This document shows positions 56,740 through 64,000 of a DNA stretch of 64,000 bases, piece by piece; position 1 is the first letter of the stretch, and the number at the start of each line of letters is the position of its first letter. Origin of the DNA: an uncultured Chloroflexia bacterium (GTDB lineage: Bacteria; Chloroflexota; Limnocylindria; Limnocylindrales; CSP1-4). Both the position numbers and the translations under genes were made by a program. The stretch is from assembly GCA_963720755.1 (NCBI GenBank), contig CAVRGP010000006.1, positions 32,001 to 96,000 of the forward strand, given 5' to 3'. The notes below the pieces were generated by a model. The model ran no database searches. It had not been told where the DNA came from and worked only from the letters and a program-made list of their open reading frames with translations.

Positions 56740-57920
56740 GGCGGAGACGCTGGCCGTGGCTTGTCGCGCTCGTGGCAATGGCCACCTTCATCGTCGCCTC
56801 AGGGGTGGATCCGAAGCTAGATGTGAGTGCGAACGCACTCTTCTTCAGTATCGTCGTGGCCTGCGGCTTCGTCGGCGCGCTTCTGATGACCCGCGCGCCC
56901 GGCAATAGGATCGGCTCCCTGCTGCTGACCTCGGGGATCATGTTGACCGCAGGCGTGACCCTGTCGACGTACTCGGAGCTCGGGTCTGGGTCCGTGCCGA
57001 TTTGGACAGGCACCGCTGTGGCCGGCTTGCTTGCCGACACCTTCTATATCTACCCGGTGATCATTGCTCTGATCGGCATCCCGCTCATCTTCCCGGATGG
57101 CCACCTCCCGTCCCGGCGATTCCGCTGGGTCGCCTGGCTCACGATCCTGGCGATGGCCGCCATCACGATCGCGGCGGTGTTGTATCCCGGTGAGGTTGGG
57201 AAGACTGGTTTGGACAACCCCCTGGGGATCCCCGCCCTCGTGCCAGTCTTCGATGCGCTCAACAACTTCGCGGATCTCACCGCGCCCATCGGGTTCGGCG
57301 GTGCCCTGGCTGCCGTCTGGATTCGGTTCCACCGAGGTGATCCGATCATCCGCGAGCAGATCAAGTGGTTGCTGGCCACGGCCGGCGTGGCCGCAGTCGC
57401 GTTCCCGACCGCCTTCATCCTTTCCCTGGCGGCCCCCGAATTGGAGGGGTTGGCCAGCGGGCTGTTCCTGCTCGGGTTCGTGGCCATGCTGGCCCTGCCC
57501 ATCGCCATCGGCATCGCCATCCTGCGCTATCGGCTGTACGAGATCGACCGGATCGTGTCCCGGACGATCGGCTATGGCCTGGTGACCGGGGTGCTGGTGA
57601 TCGTCTTCGCCGGTGCGGTCATCGCCTTCGAGGCGATCCTGGCCGGGGTGACCGATACCGGTGGGGAGACCCTTGCGGTAGCCGGTTCCACGTTGCTCGC
57701 GTTCGCCCTGTTCCAGCCGTTGCGGCGGCGGGTCCAGCGGGCGGTCGATCGACGGTTCGATCGGAGCCGCTATGACGGGGAGCGGACGAGTGCCGCCTTC
57801 AGTGAACGCTTGCGCGATGAGGTCGACCTGGCCACCGTCACGGCCGATCTCGATGCCACCGTCCGGGGGGTCATGGCACCGACCGGGCTGAGCGTCTGGC
57901 TCCGGGGCGAGACCCGATGA
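56736..57920 (+). CDS. Multi-pass membrane receptor paralog 2 (ends in N-terminal part of GAF)
   Basis: RAPGNRIGSLL, FPDGHLPSRRFRW, REQIKW, LRYRLYEIDR..RLRDEVDL..SVWLR. Confidence 0.9.
   Translation: MRRRRWPWLVALVAMATFIVASGVDPKLDVSANALFFSIVVACGFVGALLMTRAPGNRIGSLLLTSGIMLTAGVTLSTYSELGSGSVPIWTGTAVAGLLADTFYIYPVIIALIGIPLIFPDGHLPSRRFRWVAWLTILAMAAITIAAVLYPGEVGKTGLDNPLGIPALVPVFDALNNFADLTAPIGFGGALAAVWIRFHRGDPIIREQIKWLLATAGVAAVAFPTAFILSLAAPELEGLASGLFLLGFVAMLALPIAIGIAILRYRLYEIDRIVSRTIGYGLVTGVLVIVFAGAVIAFEAILAGVTDTGGETLAVAGSTLLAFALFQPLRRRVQRAVDRRFDRSRYDGERTSAAFSERLRDEVDLATVTADLDATVRGVMAPTGLSVWLRGETR
57516..57907 (+). repeat. ~392-bp constant region, copy in paralog 2
   Basis: First ~280 bp appear identical to the paralog 1 copy. 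Confidence 0.95.
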
Positions 57921-59119
57921 GGGCAGGGGCGTCACGCGGAGAGGCGGCGATGGTGCGGGGTCAATCGACGGCCATCGGCGTACTGGCAGGTGGCGCCATC
58001 CTGCTGGCCACGATTGCGACGATCACGCGAATGGCGCAGGACCCGTCGACCCGGATCCTCAGCCTCGTGTTCCTCGCCGCGACAAGCGCCTACCTCATCG
58101 TCGGGTGGCTCATCATGGTGCGGCGGCCCGGCAATCGTGTGGGGCCGCTCGTTCTGGGGCTCGGCCTTCCGATCGCCGGCTACGTCACGCTGGACGCCTG
58201 GATCCGACAACCGGACACGCCGCCCGGTGTCGAAGTGGCTGCCCTGACGGTCAGCGTCCTCGACGGTCCCATGTTCCTCCTCGTGGCGATGCTCTTCCTC
58301 GTCTTCCCGGACGGGCGATTGCCCTCGCCACGGTGGCGTTGGCTGGTGGCGATCGACGCCGTGGCCGTGGCCTATCTGATCCTCGGCGTCGCGCTCCGGC
58401 CGGGACCGTTTCCCTACTACACGTGGCTGGAAAACCCGCTGTACCCACCGCCGAACGCCGTCTCGACCATGTGGGAATTGGTCTACGGCCTGGTGGTCAT
58501 CTGCGTCGGGATCGCCGCACTCTCACTCTTCGGTCGATGGCGACGTGCGGGAGTCGTGGAACGGGCGCAACTCAAGTGGGTGGCCGCCGCCGCCGCGGTC
58601 GTCGCCACGGCGATGTTCAGCTACGGGGCGGGAGCCGGACCGAGCCAGTATTCCGACGTCGGCGATCTGGCCGTCGGGCTCGCCCTGACCCTGTTCCCCA
58701 TCGCCATCGGGATCGCTGTCCTGCGCTATCGGCTGTACGAGATCGACCGGGTCATCAGCCGGACGATCGGCTGGGCCCTCGTGACGGGTGTGCTGGTGGG
58801 AGCGTTCGTCCTGCTGGTCCTCGGACTGACCAGGGTGCTGGAACCGCTCACCGGTGGCAACACCCTGGCGGTTGCCGGCTCGACCCTGATCGTGGCCGCG
58901 CTGTTCGCACCCGTCCGCCGACGCGTCCAACGCGCCGTCGACCGACAATTCGACCGGTCCCGCTACGACGGCGAGCGACTGCTGGCCGACTTCACCGAGC
59001 GTCTGCGCGATGAGGTCGACCTACCGACCATCAGTCATGAGGCGCGGGCGACGGTCGATGCGGCGGTCCGGCCGGTCAGCGTCGGGTTGTGGCTACGGGA
59101 TCCCGGGGGCGAGTCGTGA
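57917..59119 (+). CDS. Multi-pass membrane receptor paralog 3 (more diverged constant region)
   Basis: RRPGNRVGPL, FPDGRLPSPRWRW, ERAQLKW, LRYRLYEIDR..RLRDEVDL..GLWLR. Start 57917 or 57950. Confidence 0.9.
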   Translation: MRAGASRGEAAMVRGQSTAIGVLAGGAILLATIATITRMAQDPSTRILSLVFLAATSAYLIVGWLIMVRRPGNRVGPLVLGLGLPIAGYVTLDAWIRQPDTPPGVEVAALTVSVLDGPMFLLVAMLFLVFPDGRLPSPRWRWLVAIDAVAVAYLILGVALRPGPFPYYTWLENPLYPPPNAVSTMWELVYGLVVICVGIAALSLFGRWRRAGVVERAQLKWVAAAAAVVATAMFSYGAGAGPSQYSDVGDLAVGLALTLFPIAIGIAVLRYRLYEIDRVISRTIGWALVTGVLVGAFVLLVLGLTRVLEPLTGGNTLAVAGSTLIVAALFAPVRRRVQRAVDRQFDRSRYDGERLLADFTERLRDEVDLPTISHEARATVDAAVRPVSVGLWLRDPGGES

Positions 59120-60327
59120 GCGAGGCACGAGTCGAGACGAGGGCCGAGCGCTCCCTTGGCCTGGCCGGCCGCGTCACCCTGATCGGGCTCCTTGCCGCGG
59201 GCACGATCCTGGCGACCTTCGATCTGATCACGCTCGGGTTCTTCGTGTCGTATGCGACCGTCGGTGCCTACCTGATCTTCCGCCGGCCGCGGAACACGAT
59301 CGGCTGGCTACTGCTGGCGATCGGGTTCGGGTTCATCGGGACATCGGTGCCACCCGATCTCGATGTCGGCGCGTTGGTCCGCGGCAACGGGACAGCCCGC
59401 GATCTCCTCATCGCCTGGCTCAACGGCTGGGCAGGATCCGCCGGATTCGTCGGCTTCCTCGCCCTGATGATCCTGTTCCCGTCCGGTCGCGTGCCGTCCG
59501 GACGCTGGCACCGTCCGGCCATGGCGGTCCTGGCCATCGGGGTGATCGTCGTCGTGCTCGCAGCGACGGCACCGACGATCACGTTCAGCACTGATGGCGC
59601 GAACGACATCACCCTGAAGAACCCGGCCGCGCTGCTGCCGGGCCTGCCGATCTGGGATCTCCCACTCCTGTCGAACGGCATCGTCATCGTCATCCCGATG
59701 CTGGTCGGCGGGGTCGTCTCCATCCTGGTTCGGTATCAGCACTCGACCGGAACGCTCCGACTCCAATTGCGGTGGCTGGTGGCGGCGGCCGCGTTCATGG
59801 TCGTCGCGATCCTGTTCGGACTCGGCACGCTCGCGTTCGTGAACCGCGGAGCCGTCTTCGCCTGGATCCCGGCGGTCATCGCCTACCCGACGATCCCCAT
59901 CGCCATCGGCATCGCCGTGCTGCGCTATCGGCTGTACGAGATCGACCGGATCGTGTCCCGGACGATCGGCTATGGCCTGGTGACCGGGGTGCTGGTGATC
60001 GTCTTCGCCGGTGCGGTCATCGCCTTCGAGGCGGTCCTGGCCGGGGTGACCGATACCGGTGGGGAGACCCTTGCGGTAGCCGGCTCCACCCTGCTCGCGT
60101 TCGCCCTGTTCCAGCCGTTGCGCCGGCGGGTCCAGCGGGCGGTCGATCGACGGTTCGACCGGAGCCGCTATGACGGGGAGCGGACGAGTGCCGCGTTCAG
60201 TGAACGCTTGCGCGATGAGGTCGACCTGGCCACGGTCACCGCCGATCTCGATGCCACCGTCCGGGGGGTCATGGCACCGACCGCGATGAGCGTCTGGCTG
60301 CGGGGTGACCGAGGGAAACCCGCATGA
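59116..60327 (+). CDS. Multi-pass membrane receptor paralog 4 (ends in N-terminal part of GAF)
   Basis: RRPRNTIGWLL, FPSGRVPSGRW, RLQLRW, LRYRLYEIDR..RLRDEVDL..SVWLR; GTGA overlap. Confidence 0.9.
   Translation: MSEARVETRAERSLGLAGRVTLIGLLAAGTILATFDLITLGFFVSYATVGAYLIFRRPRNTIGWLLLAIGFGFIGTSVPPDLDVGALVRGNGTARDLLIAWLNGWAGSAGFVGFLALMILFPSGRVPSGRWHRPAMAVLAIGVIVVVLAATAPTITFSTDGANDITLKNPAALLPGLPIWDLPLLSNGIVIVIPMLVGGVVSILVRYQHSTGTLRLQLRWLVAAAAFMVVAILFGLGTLAFVNRGAVFAWIPAVIAYPTIPIAIGIAVLRYRLYEIDRIVSRTIGYGLVTGVLVIVFAGAVIAFEAVLAGVTDTGGETLAVAGSTLLAFALFQPLRRRVQRAVDRRFDRSRYDGERTSAAFSERLRDEVDLATVTADLDATVRGVMAPTAMSVWLRGDRGKPA
59914..60305 (+). repeat. ~392-bp constant region, copy in paralog 4
   Basis: Few substitutions relative to the other two copies; its 3' part matches the paralog 1 copy. 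Confidence 0.95.
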
Positions 60328-60355
60328 CATCACGAGTCCCGCACATCAGACGACT

Positions 60356-60375
60356 TCGTAACGATTTCCGGACGA
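60356..60375 (+). promoter_or_regulatory. Candidate operator copy 2 (TCGTAACGATTTCCGGACGA)
   Basis: 18/20 identical to 55438..55457; immediately upstream of the phosphatase gene. Confidence 0.65.
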
Positions 60376-60387
60376 CCGCACCGCAAC

Positions 60388-62064
60388 ATGAGGCCCGAGA
60401 TGAGCGAAGTGACCCGCCCGATCCGCCGCCTCCTTGGTCGAGGTGACCGCGTCGTCGACATGCCACCCCCGCCGGCCGAGCAGGCTGCCGACGCGGACGT
60501 CCAGCTCGCCGGCGTCGGCGAACCCGCGTCCGACACCGGACCTGTGGCCAACTCGATCACCGTCGACATCCCCGAATCGGACCCGCTCCTCGCATACCTT
60601 CAGGCTGCCCCCGGTCCGGTGGATCTCTCCCGGTTGGAATTGGATACACCGGCCGTCAGAAACATGCGCGATGCAGGCGTGGCCCTCATCGTCCCGCTGG
60701 TGTCGCAGGGCGAACTCATCGGCACGCTCAACCTCGGCCCGCGACTTTCCGAGCAGGACTATTCGACCGACGACCGGCGCCTCCTGACGACGCTCGCCGC
60801 GCAGGCCGCACCGGCGATCCGGGTCGCCCAGCTCGTCCGGGAACAGGCCGCCGAGGCGGCAGAACGGCAACGTCTCGAACAGGAGATGCGGGTCGCCACG
60901 CTGATCCAGCAGCAGTTCCTGCCGCGCGAGTTGCCGAAGCTGCCGCAGTGGCAGATCGCCGCCTACTACGGGCCTGCGCGAGCCGTCGGCGGCGACTTCT
61001 ACGACTTCATCGAGATGCCCGACGGCCGGATCGGGATCGCCGTTGGCGACGTGACCGACAAGGGTGTCCCGGCGGCCCTCGTCATGGCCCGGACCCACTC
61101 GGTCCTCCGCGCCGAGGCATCCCGGAGCGACTCGCCGGGGGTGATCCTCGAGCGGGCCAACGAACTGCTCTGCCCGGAGATGCCGGCGCGCATGTTCGTG
61201 ACCTGTCTGTTCGCCATCCTCGAACCGGAAACCGGCCGGATCGTGATGGCCAATGCCGGCCACAACCTGCCGTACATCCGCACCGACGAGGGCGTCATCG
61301 AGCTCCGTGCGACCGGGATGCCTCTTGGCCTGATGCCGGCGATCCACTACGAGGAGACGGAAGGCATCATCGCCCCCGGCAACAACGTCCTCCTCTACTC
61401 GGACGGCCTCGTCGAGGCCCACGATCCGAGTCAGGCGATGTACGGCTTCCCGCGACTCCGGGACGAGATGGCCGTCGACGACGCCGGCAGTGAACTGCTC
61501 GACCGGCTGCTCGACACGCTGCATGCATTCACCGGAGCCGATTGGGAGCAGGAAGACGACATCACCCTCGTCACACTCCACCGGGCCACAGGTGTCGCCG
61601 AGGACCCCGATGGTGACGCGGTCGGCCCGACCGCGATCACGGAGTTCTCGATCCCTGGCGAAGAGGGCAACGAGCGCCTGGCCATGGATCGGGTGGCGGC
61701 TGCGGTCGCCGACCTGGGTCTCTCGCCGGCCCGCCTCGAACGCTTCAAGACGGCCGTCAGTGAGACCGCGATGAACGCCATCGAGTACGGCAGCCAGGGC
61801 CGCGCCGAGATCCCGGTCGACATCGTCGTGGAGACGACGGCCGACTCGATCATCGTTCGGGTCACAGACCGCGCCCTGTCGGGTGGCGTCCCGACCGAAC
61901 CCGAGGCTCCGAACATCGAGGCGAAACTCGCGGGCGATCAGAAGCCGCGCGGGTGGGGCCTCTTCCTGATCAAGAACATGGTGGATTCGATGGACGTGAC
62001 CACCGATGGGACGACCCAGACCGTCGCCCTGACGATGGCACGCGAGGAGCACGACGATGGATGA
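60388..62064 (+). CDS. Partial GAF + PP2C (SpoIIE/RsbU) phosphatase + RsbW-like HATPase kinase fusion
   Basis: VPLVSQGELIGTLNLG..DRRLLTTLAAQAA; VGGDFYD, GDVTDKGVPAA, NAGH, YSDGLVEA, EDDIT; ETAMNAIEYG, RGWGLFLI. Start 60388 or 60400. Confidence 0.93.
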   Translation: MRPEMSEVTRPIRRLLGRGDRVVDMPPPPAEQAADADVQLAGVGEPASDTGPVANSITVDIPESDPLLAYLQAAPGPVDLSRLELDTPAVRNMRDAGVALIVPLVSQGELIGTLNLGPRLSEQDYSTDDRRLLTTLAAQAAPAIRVAQLVREQAAEAAERQRLEQEMRVATLIQQQFLPRELPKLPQWQIAAYYGPARAVGGDFYDFIEMPDGRIGIAVGDVTDKGVPAALVMARTHSVLRAEASRSDSPGVILERANELLCPEMPARMFVTCLFAILEPETGRIVMANAGHNLPYIRTDEGVIELRATGMPLGLMPAIHYEETEGIIAPGNNVLLYSDGLVEAHDPSQAMYGFPRLRDEMAVDDAGSELLDRLLDTLHAFTGADWEQEDDITLVTLHRATGVAEDPDGDAVGPTAITEFSIPGEEGNERLAMDRVAAAVADLGLSPARLERFKTAVSETAMNAIEYGSQGRAEIPVDIVVETTADSIIVRVTDRALSGGVPTEPEAPNIEAKLAGDQKPRGWGLFLIKNMVDSMDVTTDGTTQTVALTMAREEHDDG

Positions 62065-62389
62065 CCACACGTTCAGCGCTGAGATCGTCGAGATCGCAGG
62101 CGGGGTCCAGGTCCGGATGACCGGCGACCTCAACGGTCGGGCCGACGAAGCCCTTGCCGGGGCCTACACCGGAGTGTCCGCGCTCGACACGAAGAACGTC
62201 AGCCTCGACTTCCACCACGTCGGCTACATCAACAGCACCGGGATCGCCCTGATCGTCCGGCTGCTGGCCGAGGCTCGGCGAGATGGTCGAACGGTCCAGG
62301 CGATCGGTCTGACCGACCACTACCAGGAGATCTTCCGGATCACCCGTCTGTCGGACTTCATGGAGATCGTCGAAGGAGACGCAGCATGA
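62057..62389 (+). CDS. STAS-domain anti-sigma-factor antagonist 1
   Basis: LDFHHVGYINSTGIALIV (phosphoacceptor Ser), IFRITRL. Confidence 0.92.
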   Translation: MDDHTFSAEIVEIAGGVQVRMTGDLNGRADEALAGAYTGVSALDTKNVSLDFHHVGYINSTGIALIVRLLAEARRDGRTVQAIGLTDHYQEIFRITRLSDFMEIVEGDAA

Positions 62390-62733
62390 CCGCCACCGTC
62401 ATCGAACTCGACCAGGATGGTGCCGCCGCCATCCTCCACATCTCGGGTGACATCACATCCGCCAGCGAGGGCGACCTGATGGCGGCCTACGGCCTGGCGA
62501 CCGAGAACGGGGCCTCGGCGGTCATCCTCGACTTCAGCAAGCTCGAGTACATGAACAGTGGTGGCATCGGCCTGTTGGTGACGCTCCTTGTCCGGGCCCA
62601 GCGCAGTGGCGGGCGCCTCGTCGCGATCGGCCTGTCCGACCACTACCGGCAGATCTTCGAACTGACCCGCCTCGATGAGGCGATCGAGATCCACGACGAC
62701 CAGGCCACGGCGATGGCAGCCGCGACCGCCTGA
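62386..62733 (+). CDS. STAS-domain anti-sigma-factor antagonist 2
   Basis: LDFSKLEYMNSGGIGLLV, IFELTRL. Confidence 0.92.
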   Translation: MTATVIELDQDGAAAILHISGDITSASEGDLMAAYGLATENGASAVILDFSKLEYMNSGGIGLLVTLLVRAQRSGGRLVAIGLSDHYRQIFELTRLDEAIEIHDDQATAMAAATA

Positions 62734-62767
62734 CCCGGGTGAACCCGGAGGATCGAGGAGACACACG

Positions 62768-63594
62768 ATGGTCGAGATGCAGGACACGTCCCCAGCCAGC
62801 ACGGAAGCCACCGAGACGCCGCCTCCAGCCGAACCGGTCGTGCCGGCTCCGGTGGTACCGGCTCCAGCCGCAGCTCCGGTCAATCGCGATGCCGCGAACT
62901 GGGCTCGCCCGTCGATCGGCTGTCGGCCGCCGGCGTCACCGGCGCGAAGGACGACGCCGTCACGGGCAAGCGAGTCTCCGGTCCGCTCCAGGGGTTCGGC
63001 CAGCTGTGGCAGAAAACCTTCAGCGTCCGGCTCGAAGGCGTCGACCAGTCGCCAGAGAAGGTGATCGCGACCTGGAAAGCGCACTTCCCTGAATACTGGC
63101 CGAAGGGCCAGCGGTTCTACGCACCCCTGTCGGGGATCGCCCCCGGCGAGGTCGCCCTCCTCGAGATCGAGCCACTGCCCGGGGCACCGGTTCGCCTGTC
63201 CACGGGCGTCCTCGTCCTCTACGCAGATGACGAGTCGTTCACCTTCATGACCCCCGAAGGCCATACCCTATCGGCATGGATCACCTTCTCGGCCCATCAG
63301 GTGGACGGCGTCACGGTCGCCCAGGCCCAGGCACTCGAGCGACCGTCCGATCCATTCGACGAGTTCGCCTACATGGTCGGCGGCAATCGCCAGAACAACA
63401 AGTTCTGGCAAGGGACCTTGCGCAACCTCGCTGCTCAGCTCGGCGTGGCAGATCCGGTCGTCGAGACCCAGAGCGTGTGCATCGACCGGAATCGCCAGTG
63501 GCGGTATTGGCGGAACGTCCGCAACAGCGCCACGGTTCGAGGCGCCCGACGCACACTGACGGCTCCGGTCCGCAAACTGACCGGCCGGGGGTGA
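62768..63594 (+). pseudogene. Hypothetical protein (possibly SRPBCC/DUF1990-like), -1 frameshift near 62909 (probable sequence error)
   Basis: RDAANWARP joins VDRLSAAGVTG..GPLQGFGQLWQKTF, which is in frame with ORF 63061..63594; GAGGAG RBS before ATG 62768. Confidence 0.75.
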
Positions 63595-63607
63595 GGCCCC
63601 GCATCCG

Positions 63608-64000
63608 GTGACGGTGCGGAGCGAGTCCAGCCAGATCGACGCGATCGTCGTCGGAGCAGGACCAAATGGCCTGGCGGCGGCGATCACCCTGGCCCGCGCC
63701 GGGCGATCGGTGCGTGTGTACGAGGCCGCGGACACGATCGGCGGCGGCACGCGGACCATGGAGCTGACGCTACCGGGGTTCCGCCACGACATGTGTTCGA
63801 CGATCCTGCCCCTCACGATCGCGTCCCCGTTCTTCAAGACGATGGACCTGGCCGCGCGGGGCGTGGAGGTGGTCCATCCGGACGCACCGGTCGCCCACCC
63901 GCTCGACGGCGGCCGCGCTGCCGTGCTGGAGCGGTCCGTCACCGCCACGGCGGACGGATTGGGCGAGGACGGACGCGCCTGGAAACGATTGTTCGGGCCA
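63608..64000 (+). CDS. Phytoene desaturase-like FAD-dependent oxidoreductase, 5' part (runs off window)
   Basis: Manual translation DAIVVGAGPNGLAAAITLARAGRSVRVYEAADTIGGGTRTMELTLPGFRHDMCS. Confidence 0.9.
   Translation, partial: MTVRSESSQIDAIVVGAGPNGLAAAITLARAGRSVRVYEAADTIGGGTRTMELTLPGFRHDMCSTILPLTIASPFFKTMDLAARGVEVVHPDAPVAHPLDGGRAAVLERSVTATADGLGEDGRAWKRLFGP

Noticed and set aside
56333-60305. Possible diversity-generating retroelement template/variable repeats
   Set aside because: All copies are coding, differences are mostly synonymous and not adenine-specific, and no reverse transcriptase is in the window.

Overview
High-GC (~70%) bacterial chromosomal window, densely coding (~60 genes). 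No rRNA, tRNA, CRISPR array, integrase or transposase was recognisable. Gene content (DarA, GuaB3, UPF0182, LCP, TagF-like proteins, many apparently leaderless genes) suggests a monoderm, probably Chloroflexota; this is inference only. 1-26 kb is mostly cell envelope: LCP, rdgB-rph-mazG, PPIase, a teichoic-acid-like TarI/SDR/TagF cluster, glycosyltransferases, two FlgD-Ig surface enzymes, rmlABDC, mreBC and radC. 27-52 kb is housekeeping: UPF0182, guaA/guaB3, darA, GGDEF, tmk, Ni/Co transporter, tldD/pmbA, MoxR-DUF58-VWA. The best candidate for an undescribed system is at 52.5-64 kb. Four tandem, translationally coupled multi-pass membrane proteins have variable N-termini and a conserved C-terminal constant region (near-identical DNA in three of the four). 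Each ends in only the first part of a GAF fold. The next gene, a soluble PP2C phosphatase fused to an RsbW-like kinase, begins with the missing remainder of that GAF. Two STAS genes follow, and a divergent SARP/STAND regulator has a candidate 20-bp operator in front of both units. This reads as a split-GAF plug-in receptor array. Also found: two related ~175-bp palindromic intergenic elements (one inside a 54-bp duplication) and a strand-specific 26-bp hairpin in the radC leader. Several 1-2 nt frameshifts in otherwise intact genes probably reflect sequencing error.
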